Assembly (NCBI GenBank): GCA_965205405.1
Contig: OZ242169.1
Coordinates: 136,896 to 200,895, forward strand
Length of the DNA stretch: 64,000 bases
Origin: Gammaproteobacteria bacterium
Lineage (GTDB): Bacteria > Pseudomonadota > Gammaproteobacteria > Eutrophobiales > Eutrophobiaceae
Direction: 5' to 3'
Under the pieces are notes generated by a model. That model ran no database searches and had not been told where the DNA came from. It worked only from the letters and a program-made list of their open reading frames with translations. Positions 30,283-40,242 of the stretch are shown one piece after another. The stretch's first letter is position 1; the number at the start of each line of letters is the position of its first letter. The position numbers and the translations under genes were made by a program.

Positions 30283-30395
30283 GGACATTTGGGACATTTG
30301 GGGTCAGAGTAAAAATACCCTAATAGAAACAAGCTCCACCTACCAGCCTGACGGTATTTTTACTCTGACCCCAAATGTCCTGACCCCAAATGTCC
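30283..30395. repeat. Family I element with stuttered arms
   Basis: Arms at 30294-30318 and 30354-30378 (35-bp core); overlaps the folP 3' end. Confidence 0.9.
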
Positions 30396-31220
30396 CTGTC
30401 TGCTGCGCAGCGCCCAGGCTACATCCAGGGCCTGGCGGTTTTCCTTTATGTCGTGTACGCGGAAAATATTGACTCCGGCAAAGACGCCTATGGCCGTGGT
30501 GGCGCAGGTTGCTCCTACCAGTTCGCTGTAGCTGGTTATGTCACAAATTGAGCCCATGAAGCGTTTTCGGCTGGCTCCCAACAAAACCTTGTAACCGGAT
30601 TCCGTGAAACTGCTCAGGTTCATGATGATATCCAGGTTGTCATGTTTGGATTTGCCAAATCCGATGCCCGGATCGATCACCAGGTTCTCCTGCATGACGC
30701 CTGCATCCCGGGCAAGCGCGGCGCGCTTCAGCAGAAAAGATCTGATTTCAGCCACGACGTCGGCATAGTGCGGATTGACCTGCATGGTGCTGGGAGTGCC
30801 CTGCATGTGCATGATTATATAAGGTACCCCGGCTTCGGCGACCAGCCTGAACATGCCGGGATCATCCTGCCCCGCCGAGATATCATTGATGATGGCCGCT
30901 CCCTGCTCCAGTGCAGCGCCGGCAACAATGGTCGAGGTCGTATCAATACTGACGGGAATGTCTGCAGGAAGCTCCTGTTGCAGTTGCTTAATGATCGGTA
31001 TGACGCGGCCCAGTTGTTGCTCTACCGGTACCCGGTCTGCGCCCGGACGGGTGGATTCTCCACCAATGTCTATAATATCCGCTCCCTGCTGCACCATCTC
31101 ATGCACGCGGGACAATGCGCTGGTAAAATCCTGATGTAAGCCGGCATCGGAAAAGCTGTCGGGGGTCACGTTGAGGACACCCATGAGTAGTGGTTTGGAG
31201 CCGCTATCAGCCAGGTTCAT
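30360..31220 (-). CDS. folP: Dihydropteroate synthase FolP
   Basis: MGVLNVTPDSFSD, IIDIGGESTRPGA, SIDT, INDISA, MHMQGTP, DPGIGFGK, SRKRF and FRVHD motifs; C-terminal GHLGSGHLGSE comes from the repeat. Confidence 0.95.
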   Translation of the reverse strand: MNLADSGSKPLLMGVLNVTPDSFSDAGLHQDFTSALSRVHEMVQQGADIIDIGGESTRPGADRVPVEQQLGRVIPIIKQLQQELPADIPVSIDTTSTIVAGAALEQGAAIINDISAGQDDPGMFRLVAEAGVPYIIMHMQGTPSTMQVNPHYADVVAEIRSFLLKRAALARDAGVMQENLVIDPGIGFGKSKHDNLDIIMNLSSFTESGYKVLLGASRKRFMGSICDITSYSELVGATCATTAIGVFAGVNIFRVHDIKENRQALDVAWALRSRQGHLGSGHLGSE

Positions 31221-32164
31221 CTTAACCTTTTCGCCATCTCATCGGTGGCAGTCACCAGGGCATCCACCATGACAGACTCACCCGCCAGGTGCCCCCCCTC
31301 TTTGACTATCACCAGTTCAGAATCAGGAAGCGCCTGGTGTAATGACCAGGATGAATCCAGGGTACAGGTCAGGTCCCGGCGTCCGTGGATGATCCTGATT
31401 GGCACGGACGGGAGTTGCGCCGCATTATCCAGGATCTGGTTCTCCGCGATAAAGTACCGGTGTTTGGCATAATGGGTTTCTATCAGCACTTCATGGACGG
31501 TCTTGTCAACGTTGCCCGGTGTATACTCCACCCCCGGCAGCAGGTAAGTGACGATCCGTCCCGCCCATTTTGACCAGGCCAGGGCGGCCGCTTCCCGGAT
31601 TTTTCTGTCGGCGCCATGGACACGGGCATGATAGGCGGAAATGAGATCATCTCTTTCAAGCGCCGGTATGATTTCCGTAAACTCCTTCCAGTAGTCGGGA
31701 AAGATCATGCTCGCGCCTGATTTGCCGAACCAGTCCAGGTCTTTTTTCCGGGCCAGGAACGCGCCGCGCAGGATCATGGCCGAAACCCGGGAAGGATGCG
31801 ATTGCGCGTATAATAATGCCAGGGTTGCGCCCCAGGACCCGCCGAATACAAGCCATTTGTCTATGCCCAGGTGATCTCTTATGCGTTCGATGTCCTGCAG
31901 CAGTTCCGGAGTTGAATTGTTTTTAGTCTCACCGTCCGGCTTCGAGCGGTGGCAGCCGCGCTGGTCAAATAGAACCACCCGGTATTTTTTGGGATTGAAG
32001 TAACGCCGGTGGTTCTCATTACAACCTGATCCGGGGCCACCATGAAGAAATATCACCGGAATACCATTACGGCTGCCCGCCTCCTCAACGTAGATGGTAT
32101 GAACCTGATCTACCTTCAGACGATAGCTCTGTGACGCTTCAATTTCAGGGTATAACTCTCGCAT
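31217..32164 (-). CDS. pip: Proline iminopeptidase (S33)
   Basis: MRELYPEI start, FLHGGPGSG, FDQRGC, VFGGSWGATL, ILRG and IIHGRRD motifs. Confidence 0.93.
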   Translation of the reverse strand: MRELYPEIEASQSYRLKVDQVHTIYVEEAGSRNGIPVIFLHGGPGSGCNENHRRYFNPKKYRVVLFDQRGCHRSKPDGETKNNSTPELLQDIERIRDHLGIDKWLVFGGSWGATLALLYAQSHPSRVSAMILRGAFLARKKDLDWFGKSGASMIFPDYWKEFTEIIPALERDDLISAYHARVHGADRKIREAAALAWSKWAGRIVTYLLPGVEYTPGNVDKTVHEVLIETHYAKHRYFIAENQILDNAAQLPSVPIRIIHGRRDLTCTLDSSWSLHQALPDSELVIVKEGGHLAGESVMVDALVTATDEMAKRLR

Positions 32165-32236
32165 GGCTGTACGGGATTTGGCTGACTTGCGCCTGAATAA
32201 CTGCACCGGGATATAGTGCCAGGGATGGAACTTCAA

Positions 32237-32321
32237 ATATTTGGGGTCAGAGTAAAAATACGTTCAAGTTGGCAGGTGATCCCAGATAATAGTTGAGTAT
32301 TTTTACTCTGACCCCAAATAT
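32237..32321. repeat. Family I element
   Basis: Arms at 32237-32261 and 32297-32321; 35-bp core. Confidence 0.9.
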
Positions 32322-32329
32322 TCTTACGT

Positions 32330-33285
32330 TTAGATTTCACCCAGGAGCTGTTCTCTCTTCTGTTCATATTCCTCGGCGCTGATCAGTTCCTTATCACGCA
32401 GTTCCTGCAAGGTCAACAGTCTCTGCTCAATTGTCTGGGTTGAATTCCCTTCGGTTGAGGATTTCATCTCCTTGCGCATCTTAGCCAGTTCCAGACGCAT
32501 CTCCCGTCTATCCCGCGCCATCTTAGCCGCCTCGGCCTGCATTGCCGCACTGGTCACGGGTTCCTGCGGCGCCTGTTCCGCCTTTTCAGCAAGGTACACC
32601 GATGCCGCCTGTTCCAGGTCTATTTCTAATCCAGTCGCGGCGTGATTTTTTGCCATCAACGTGAGGCTCAACGCCGGCCCTGGCAACTACGGAACCCTTA
32701 AAACCGACGGATTTGGACCGGCGGCCATGTCTGAAGTACTGCTTTGTATCCGTTACGCCATGGCTCCTTTCAACTGTTTCCTTGAACCTGTCGCCTTCAT
32801 GATCATAATCTCCGATGATGACATGCAGCTTGCCATCCAGGTAGAAAACACGCCCTCCCGTATAACCCCTGTTCTGAATGACCAGATATTTCTTTTCCGA
32901 ACGGGCCAGCACAAAGACGATGTCCTGGTCCGTCCTTGCCGTGGATAAGCCTGTGGCGATAAATTGCCCAAGCAGGCGGGCCTGTTGCAGGGAAAACAAA
33001 TTCTTGAGTTGTTTTTTCTTGAAGAACCCCCCGCCGCTCCAGGCTTCGATTCCTTCGAGCGCGCTGGTGACCTGGTTGGACATCCAATCGCACCGGGTGC
33101 TGGTTCGGCGGTGTCACATCCTTTTTGGACTGGTCCTGATCGGTCAGCCGGATATACAGGTTGGAACCGGATTTCCACAGGACTTCATCGTTCGAGCCGA
33201 AGTTGGGCAATAAATCAGCCTGGATAATACCTGCACACAACAGCAGAAGCAGATACAGGATGCCGGTTTTTGTAAATCTTCTCAT
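32330..33285 (-). pseudogene. Secreted SHOCT-domain protein split by two +1 frameshifts (or sequencing errors)
   Basis: Three consecutive ORF pieces (signal peptide; central domain; C-terminal IEQRLLTLQELRDKELISAEEYEQKREQLL SHOCT) join after removing single extra bases near 33080 and 32625. Confidence 0.75.
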
Positions 33286-33355
33286 AAGATTGGTTAAGAG
33301 TGAGTCCTAAACACCTTGACTGAAGCAATTATAGAATAATCCGAAGGCCAAAACA

Positions 33356-33380
33356 AAAAGGCGCACAAGGTGCGCCTTTT
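33356..33380 (-). terminator. Intrinsic terminator downstream of the porin gene
   Basis: AAAAGGCGCAC-AAG-GTGCGCCTTTT hairpin followed by a T-run on the minus strand, about 35 bp after the porin stop. Confidence 0.75.
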
Positions 33381-33413
33381 CGCCGGGTCTCGAAGACCCT
33401 GCTTAATACAGAC

Positions 33414-34677
33414 TTACCAGAGCAGGAACCCGCCGATGGAGAAGGTATCGACGTCATCCTGACCGAGCGTGTCGTTACTGTAATTGCCGTATTCAGCAAT
33501 AACCTTCAACCAGGAATTGACGTCATGGTAGACGCCCACGGTCCACAGATCACCTTGCAGTTCAGAAATACCATACGTGGCATCACCATCCTGTTTTGAC
33601 TCACCGTAGCCGCCGCCGATCTTGGTGGTGCCGTTGAAGGTGTAGCTGGCTTGTACGTAGAAGCCGTCGTTATCGGCTTCCTTCGGCACAACCGTTGGCA
33701 TTACATCCGAAACCACCCAGTACACCGGTGTTGAACAGCAGGGTATCCCAGCGCTTCGCCGCTATAGTACTGACCGGTCACACTGAATCCCTGGGCTGAG
33801 ACCTGGGCGCCGACATTCCAGCCTACGGACTCAACATCACCTCCGGCCATACCCGCACTTGGTGGCATGCCTTCAAACACCTGCAGGGTTGTCGGGTCAT
33901 CATCTACACCAAGAGACGCTGCAACAGGCAAAATCTCCTGCTCCTGCCAGAGGAAACCGGCCCAGCCACTGAAGCTGCCGCCCTCGAAAGCGGAGTTGAA
34001 AGTGGCTTCGGCCTGGAACTGTGGGGTATCAGTTTCGGAAGCCATGGCAGGCGCCGCCACCCGGTTCCTGCGGGTCAAAGATACCTACGGACAACTGGAA
34101 ACCGTTCATGTCCGGAGTCTGGTAGACAAAGCGGGTACGGAAATCGGGATAGACGTAGCCATAGCCGATACGACCCAGAGCCTGGTGCCGCCGCCATCGG
34201 GACCACCATAACCCATACCGAAACAAGGTGAGGTCTTTCAAAATGGCCTGACGCCCGAACAGTGCCAGGGTGCGGCCTACGCTGATGGTGCCGAAATCAC
34301 CGGACACGTTGAAGAACACTTCACGCATATCGATATTCGAAGTCGTTCCAAACAGACCCGATTTATTCAAGCGGCTGCCCTTCTCAGCTGGAACTGTCCA
34401 CCGCAAATGTGATCTGGCCGGTACCGGTCAGGCCGTTGACCTCAGGGGTCTTGACCACCATGGTATGGAAGGAAGGCAACAGGCCCTCGTTCAGGTGGGC
34501 ACTGTCTTCAGTACCGAAATCACTCTGTGTGTAGAACAGGTTGATAAAGCCGCCGTAGCTGACTTCCCAACCGTCCGCACCGCCCAGGACTACTGCCGCA
34601 TTGGTCGGCATGCTGAAAGCAGCTACCAGCACCAGAGTACTCAGTGTAGCCGCGAGCTTGGTTGTATATGTTTTCAT
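33414..34677 (-). pseudogene. Outer-membrane porin, fragmented by about 6 indels (or sequencing errors)
   Basis: Signal peptide, GLLP, MREVFFNVSGDFGTISVGR…RQAILKDLTL, GRIGYGYVYPDF and aromatic C-terminus (GGFLLW) are spread over four reading-frame pieces. Confidence 0.8.
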
Positions 34678-35002
34678 TATTCTCCTCCTCAGGAAAGGTA
34701 ATAAGCTAAAAGATACTTCGATTTCAATTATTAAAAATTCTTTGTCCTGGTTCCTAAGATCAACCTATTGGTACAAGGATATTGCATGATTGAAGAAATT
34801 GCAACATATTAAAGGCAATAATACAACACTTTTTTACAATTTTTTCTATTATTTATCATAAAGTTGTTTCTTTTATGCAACATTATTCCCGTCAAGACAA
34901 TACTTATAATAAAAATAGCGATTAATTCCTTGTTAAAACCACATTCAGGCTCATTCATCTACAGGTGGGACTTCGGTTAGTCTATGAGTTGCCATCCTTG
35001 GC

Positions 35003-35257
35003 TCACCCACCCGCTACCGGCGGCCATATTGCCAGGGTGTCTCCATCATTGAATACGGATTTGTTGCGGTCCTCAGGTTTTATATATACACCGTTCAACA
35101 GCACCAGGTGAGCCATTTCCCTCGGCACCTTGTACCTGTCGATGACTTCATAAGCGGTATTGTGTTCGGCTATTTCTATGATGAGTTTATTATCCTTGGT
35201 ATCAGGGGGAAGATAATCGGTTAAACCGGCGTAGAGCTTGAGTGTCAGCTTAAACAT
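35003..35257 (-). CDS. AOR-associated MoaD/ThiS-family sulfur carrier
   Basis: 84 aa, KLYAGLTDYLP…LVLLNG…GDTLAIWPPVAGG; last gene of the AOR operon. Confidence 0.9.
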   Translation of the reverse strand: MFKLTLKLYAGLTDYLPPDTKDNKLIIEIAEHNTAYEVIDRYKVPREMAHLVLLNGVYIKPEDRNKSVFNDGDTLAIWPPVAGG

Positions 35258-35340
35258 GCGTCAGAATGGCGACGTGGGGGCATGCGCCAGCGTGACGGCG
35301 TAGCCATGCGCGGTTGAGACGGTACAGCCGGTTAAACTAC

Positions 35341-36606
35341 TCAAAGCAGTGCGGCGTTGTGGCCGATTGACTGGGTTGCGCCGAGGTACGCTTCCATAAT
35401 CCTGGTCGGGTCGCTCAGCAGGTGTTCCTTCCATTTGCCCAGGTGCAACTTTGTCTGTATCAGGCCGCGCAAAACGCCGACGTGATTAGTCAGTCCCAAC
35501 GCCTGGGCGCCCACCAGCACGTCTTCCTGGAACTGCAGGCTGATATAGCGGTATCTTTCCGCATCCACCAGTTCAACGGACTCGCCGCCGTCGACACCCA
35601 TCCATAGACCATAAGAGGTGGAGACCAGTCCCATGGTATCCAGCACGTTCATATTGACACTGCCCTGGTGGCGGATATCCCGGCCGGACATGTTCATTGC
35701 CGCTATCCTGCCGTGGTCCGCGGCGGTAGGCTGGATGGCCTGTACGCTGTACTCGGCGGTGGAAAAATCCTTGCCCTGGCACACGTCACCGGCGGCGTAC
35801 ACGTCCGGGTGGCTGCTTTGCAGGCGGTCATTCACCAGCACGCCGAAGCCTGTCTCAATCCCGCTGCCTTCCAGAAACTGGATATTGGCACGCACACCGG
35901 TGGCGGAAATCACCACGTCGGCGCCCAAACGGTCGCCGTTGTCCAGTTGTACCGACAGTCTTGCGGCGCCATCCTGCTCAATTGCCTCAACCCGGGTAGA
36001 GGTCAGTACGTTGACGCCCTTGTCCAGGCACCACTGTTTGATCATATTCCCGGCAGTCTGGTCCATCATGCGCGGGACCATGCGGTCTTCCATTTCGATC
36101 ACCGTCAGGTTTACTCCGCGCGAAGCCAGCGACTCCAGGATGATGCAACCGATGAAACCCGCTCCCATCAGGATAACGTCGGATCCTTCAACGGCATTCT
36201 GCGCGATATTCCTGCCGTCCTCCAGGGTCCAGCAGGAATGTACGGCGGGCGAGTCCAGGCCCGGAATGGGGGGGCGGATAGGATGAGAACCTGTGGCAAT
36301 CAATAACTTATCGAAGTTGACCGTGGCGCCGTTTGCCAGCGCCAGGGTGTGGGCGTCGGGGTCCACCGACTCCACCCGGCCATGGATCACCTCAATGTTA
36401 TTGTCCGCATAATGCGTTGCGGACTTACGCAGGTAGGTGCCGACCTCATCAATATTATTAATGAGGTAGTACGGCAATGCCATGCGGGAATACGGCGGTT
36501 CTGTTTCGTCGCCTATGAGTTTTATCGAACAGGAGGCATCGTTTTTTCTGAGTGTCTCCGCTGCGATGACGCCGGCAGGCCCGGCCCCGATAATAACGTG
36601 TTGCAT
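35341..36606 (-). CDS. FAD/NAD(P)-dependent oxidoreductase (AorC-like subunit)
   Basis: IIGAGPAG, PYSR, LLIATGS, GAGFIG and VYAAGD motifs; directly follows the AOR catalytic gene. Confidence 0.88.
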   Translation of the reverse strand: MQHVIIGAGPAGVIAAETLRKNDASCSIKLIGDETEPPYSRMALPYYLINNIDEVGTYLRKSATHYADNNIEVIHGRVESVDPDAHTLALANGATVNFDKLLIATGSHPIRPPIPGLDSPAVHSCWTLEDGRNIAQNAVEGSDVILMGAGFIGCIILESLASRGVNLTVIEMEDRMVPRMMDQTAGNMIKQWCLDKGVNVLTSTRVEAIEQDGAARLSVQLDNGDRLGADVVISATGVRANIQFLEGSGIETGFGVLVNDRLQSSHPDVYAAGDVCQGKDFSTAEYSVQAIQPTAADHGRIAAMNMSGRDIRHQGSVNMNVLDTMGLVSTSYGLWMGVDGGESVELVDAERYRYISLQFQEDVLVGAQALGLTNHVGVLRGLIQTKLHLGKWKEHLLSDPTRIMEAYLGATQSIGHNAALL

Positions 36607-36632
36607 TGTTCAGTCTCTTTTTATGCTTGCTT

Positions 36633-36656
36633 GGGGACGGACTTAAGTCCGTCCCC
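36633..36656. repeat. Family II palindrome GGGGACGGACTTAAGTCCGTCCCC
   Basis: Perfect 24-bp palindrome between the aorB-like and aorC-like genes. Confidence 0.85.
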
Positions 36657-36675
36657 GGTGTCCCCGGACAAACTG

Positions 36676-38535
36676 TCAGCCCAGGCTCAGGCGCTGTCTG
36701 GTATCGTCAGTCGGTACCCCCTGCTTATCCCAGCCGCGCACCTCGTAGTATTTCGGCAGCATCTCGTGCAGGTTGTTGACCATGCCCTTGGCCGGTCCGG
36801 TCTTGGCCGGCTCCGTCAACATGCGTTTCGGCAACGTGTCGTCTGCCGCAGTCAGCCCTGCCGCGAGGTTGAATTCACGTTCCATGTTCCAGATACGCTC
36901 ACCCGCTTCCAGCATGGTCTCCGCGGTCCAGTCACCCTCACAAGCCGCAGCCACCTGGGGAGCAATATCTTCCAGGGTCCAGGCAAATGTGGTGAAGACG
37001 CACAAGCCGGACGAATCCACAATGGCGGTGGCGTCCTGGAAGGCCTTGACCAGTTCCGGCTTGCCCTCCGTCGACAACGGGTCGGTCTTTACCGGCAAGC
37101 CCATCACCTCGGATGATACGGTGTAACTGCGCAAATGACAGGCGCCGCGGTTGGACGTGGCGTAGGTCAGCCCCATCCCCTGGATGCCGCGGGGGTCGTA
37201 GGCCGGGAATTCCTGGCCTTTCACCGTCATCGACAGATCAGGATGACCGTATTTTTCACACAGGCGCTTGGAACCCATGCCCAGTTCCCGACCGAAACCT
37301 TCTCCCTTGCAGGTAACTTCGGTTGCCCAGGATAGCGCTTGCGCCGAACCGAACTTCAGTTCGACACCGCCTGTGTGCTCTTTGGTTATCACCCCCATCT
37401 CATACATTTCCATGGCGGCGGCAAGGGTGGAACCAAAGGAGATCGGATCAATCCCGTCCTCGTTACAGAGGAAATTCGCATAGGTCAGGGCATCTATGTC
37501 GTCAATGCCGGTATCCGAGCCCAGCGCCCAGGCTGCCTCGTATTCCAACCCGCCTGATGAACCCCAGTATTGCGGTTTGTTTTCAACAGTGAAGTGGCCT
37601 TGATCGATGGTGGATATGCGTCCGCAGGCGATAGTACAGCCCTGGCACGCGGCGTTGGTGACCAGGTTGGGTTTACCGTCACTTTCCCGCGGCTCGTGCA
37701 TGGCCTCGCCGGAAATCTTGCTGGAACCATCGAACTGGACGTCACGCATATTACGGGTCGGCATGGCGCCGACTTCGTTGATGACGTTCATCAATACGTT
37801 GGTGCCGTAGGTCGGCAGGCCCTGTCCGGTTACCGCGCTATCGGCCAGGACTTTCTTGCCGGCATTCACCGCCTGCATGAATGCGGCCGGGTCCTTGATG
37901 TTGCCTACGCCCTTGGTGCCCCTGACCGCGACTGCCTTGATGTTCTTGGACGCCATAACCGTACCGACGCCGGAACGGCCGGCAGCGCGATGCAGATCGT
38001 TCACGATCGCCGAGTACAGGCAGCCATTCTCGGCGCTGCGGCCGACGGCGGCAATACGTAACAACGGATCCTGGTATTTTTTGTGCAGCCACTCATCCGC
38101 CGCCCACACCGACTTGCCCCAGATCTCCTCCGCGGAGACTATATCAACCTTTTCATTTTCGATATAAATGTAAACGGGTTGCGGCGCTTTGCCTTCATAA
38201 ATAACCATATCGTAGCCGGCGGATTTCAACTCCGAACCGATGAAACCGCCGGAATTTGAACAGGCCACCGCGCCGGTCAGCGGGCTCTTGGTGACCACGG
38301 AATAGCGGCCGGCGGTGGATGCCATGGTGCCGGTCAGGGGACCCGTCGTCATAATCAGCTTGTTTTCGGGCGACAGGGCATCGCACATGGGGTCGATCTC
38401 TTCTGCCAGGTACTTGGTGGCAAGTCCGCGCTGGCCCAGGTAGAGCCGGGCCCATTCCATATTTAACGGTTCATTGCTGACGGAACCATCGGTCAGATTT
38501 ATTCGTAATACATTATTAGTCCAAGCCATTTTCAA
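36676..38535 (-). CDS. aorB: Tungsten-containing aldehyde oxidoreductase catalytic subunit (AOR/WOR family, AorB-like)
   Basis: KSPLTG…SNSGG, AAGRSGVGTVMASKNIKAV, CQGCTIAC, EYEAAW, DPISFG, AYDPRG, NRGACHL and YYEVRGWD motifs; 619 aa. Confidence 0.93.
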   Translation of the reverse strand: MKMAWTNNVLRINLTDGSVSNEPLNMEWARLYLGQRGLATKYLAEEIDPMCDALSPENKLIMTTGPLTGTMASTAGRYSVVTKSPLTGAVACSNSGGFIGSELKSAGYDMVIYEGKAPQPVYIYIENEKVDIVSAEEIWGKSVWAADEWLHKKYQDPLLRIAAVGRSAENGCLYSAIVNDLHRAAGRSGVGTVMASKNIKAVAVRGTKGVGNIKDPAAFMQAVNAGKKVLADSAVTGQGLPTYGTNVLMNVINEVGAMPTRNMRDVQFDGSSKISGEAMHEPRESDGKPNLVTNAACQGCTIACGRISTIDQGHFTVENKPQYWGSSGGLEYEAAWALGSDTGIDDIDALTYANFLCNEDGIDPISFGSTLAAAMEMYEMGVITKEHTGGVELKFGSAQALSWATEVTCKGEGFGRELGMGSKRLCEKYGHPDLSMTVKGQEFPAYDPRGIQGMGLTYATSNRGACHLRSYTVSSEVMGLPVKTDPLSTEGKPELVKAFQDATAIVDSSGLCVFTTFAWTLEDIAPQVAAACEGDWTAETMLEAGERIWNMEREFNLAAGLTAADDTLPKRMLTEPAKTGPAKGMVNNLHEMLPKYYEVRGWDKQGVPTDDTRQRLSLG

Positions 38536-38547
38536 CTTCCTCCCGTA

Positions 38548-39018
38548 TCAGTTGGCGCCGGCGCTCGCCGCAGCGTGGGCGCGCATCCGGTCAAGCCCGG
38601 TATGATCGGCATCGACGTAAGTAATGGCGGCCGTCGGGCAGGCTTTTGCACATTCGGGGTCGCCGCCGCACAAATCACATTTATACACAACCCTGGTGTC
38701 CTGGTTGTAGTTGACCGTCCCGAACGGACAGGCAATGGTGCACACCTTGCAACCGACGCAGACGTCAGCCAGCACGTCCTTGGAGCCGGTTTCCTCGTTC
38801 AGCACAATGGCTTCGACGGGACAGGCGTGCATGCACCAGGCCTCGCTGCACTGGGTGCAGGTATAGGGGACAAACCGGCCTTCCTCGTGGAAGGTAAACA
38901 CCTTGATGCGGGATTTGGAGGGATTGAATACCCCTTCCGCTTGATAAGAACAGGCCAGCTCACATTGCAGGCAACCGGTACACTTTTCCGGTTCAATCTG
39001 GAGTGATCTCAGCATCAC
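38548..39018 (-). CDS. aorA: Polyferredoxin 4Fe-4S subunit (AorA-like)
   Basis: Four Cys clusters (CTGCLQCELAC, CTQC…CMHACP, CVGCKVCTIACP, KCDLC…CAKACP). Confidence 0.92.
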   Translation of the reverse strand: MMLRSLQIEPEKCTGCLQCELACSYQAEGVFNPSKSRIKVFTFHEEGRFVPYTCTQCSEAWCMHACPVEAIVLNEETGSKDVLADVCVGCKVCTIACPFGTVNYNQDTRVVYKCDLCGGDPECAKACPTAAITYVDADHTGLDRMRAHAAASAGAN

Positions 39019-39342
39019 ATCCTCCTTTAGTTAAATAGTAGGAATAGCAATAAAAAATATAATACCAGCATTTCTGTAATAAGAAAGACTGGAAAATTCT
39101 TATACAAAATCGGGAAAGTGTCCCGAACTCACCACAACCGATTTTTCTTATAATAGGTTTATCCGGCTTCACCCTTAGTGGTATAGTCCATTAGCCACTT
39201 GTATAAACCACTCGCTAGAGGATACAGGAACAGATTGATGATGACAATATCCTGTAGCGGGAAATCTGCAACCGCGCATGCGCCGGAAACAGAACTATTT
39301 TATTCTTTGTAAGTCCAATTTCCAATGACAGGAAAATTATTT

Positions 39343-40134
39343 ATGAAAAGTATTGTTTTTATCATTCTCTGTCTTGCCTGGAGCGGTGCGGGAGCAACAG
39401 AAATCAGGATTGCGTTCATAGGTCCTGACAACAACAGCGCGTACAAAGGCGTTGAACAGGGTATCCACGAGGCGAACCTGCAAGGCCGGTTCCTGAGCCA
39501 GAGCTATTCCCTGCATAGGTTCAGCGGCGCGGATATGGACGCAATCGACCCGGCCGGGTTTATCGCCATTATCGTCTCCACGAATGCAGACGACCTGCAA
39601 CAGGCCGCGCGGCGCTTCACGGATCACGCAATCCTGAACGTGGCCGTACACGACGACGGGCTAAGGGAAGAATGCAGTGCAAATCTTCTTCACGTTATAC
39701 CCAGCAGGAAAATGCTGGCGGACGCCAAAGCCCAATGGTTGCAAAAATCGCCGGGCGACGAGATAAACGTTTCCGGCTGGCACCCTGATTTTGTGAAATT
39801 CGCCGCACGGGACCTGAATAAACGCTACAAGAAAAAGTTTTCCGAAGCCATGGACCAGTATGCCTGGGCCGGTTGGGCCGCGATCAAGATGGCCTCGGAT
39901 TCGGTGGCAAGGAAAGATTTAACCGACCCCGTCGCGCTGTTGAACCATCTTAAGACCGGATTGTCGTTTGACGGCCAGAAAGGCCTTGACATGGATTTCC
40001 GCGACACCGGGCAGTTGCGCCAGCTACTGCTTATTGCCGATACTGCCGGAGAACTGCTGGGCGAAGCGCCGGTCAGAGGCGTCGTCGCGCCTGACGACGT
40101 GGATAGCCTGGGTCTGGCTTCCTGTTATAATTGA
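39343..40134 (+). CDS. Periplasmic substrate-binding protein of the PQQ alcohol-dehydrogenase-associated type (short form)
   Basis: Signal peptide, GIHEANLQGRFL, GWHPDFVKFAARDLNKR and FDGQKG…FRDTGQLRQ motifs; directly upstream of the beta-propeller gene. An alternative start at 39325 is possible. Confidence 0.7.
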   Translation: MKSIVFIILCLAWSGAGATEIRIAFIGPDNNSAYKGVEQGIHEANLQGRFLSQSYSLHRFSGADMDAIDPAGFIAIIVSTNADDLQQAARRFTDHAILNVAVHDDGLREECSANLLHVIPSRKMLADAKAQWLQKSPGDEINVSGWHPDFVKFAARDLNKRYKKKFSEAMDQYAWAGWAAIKMASDSVARKDLTDPVALLNHLKTGLSFDGQKGLDMDFRDTGQLRQLLLIADTAGELLGEAPVRGVVAPDDVDSLGLASCYN

Positions 40135-40213
40135 GCCACAGAGGACACAGAGATCACAGAGAAAAGTCAGAAACAGCGGAGCTTTGCCCAGCAAGCTCTG
40201 TGCACTCTGTGGC
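40135..40213. repeat. Family III CACAGAG element
   Basis: GCCACAGAGGACACAGAGATCACAGAG starts right after the SBP stop; partial inverse CTCTGTGCACTCTGTGGC at 40196-40213. Confidence 0.8.
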
Positions 40214-40242
40214 TAAATTCATATTTAATTTAGGAGTAACCG

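Noticed and set aside
31217-32164. Pip as the PQQ-releasing protease (PqqF/G substitute)
   Set aside because: It is a typical S33 proline iminopeptidase, co-oriented with folP and convergent to pqqE; proximity is the only link.
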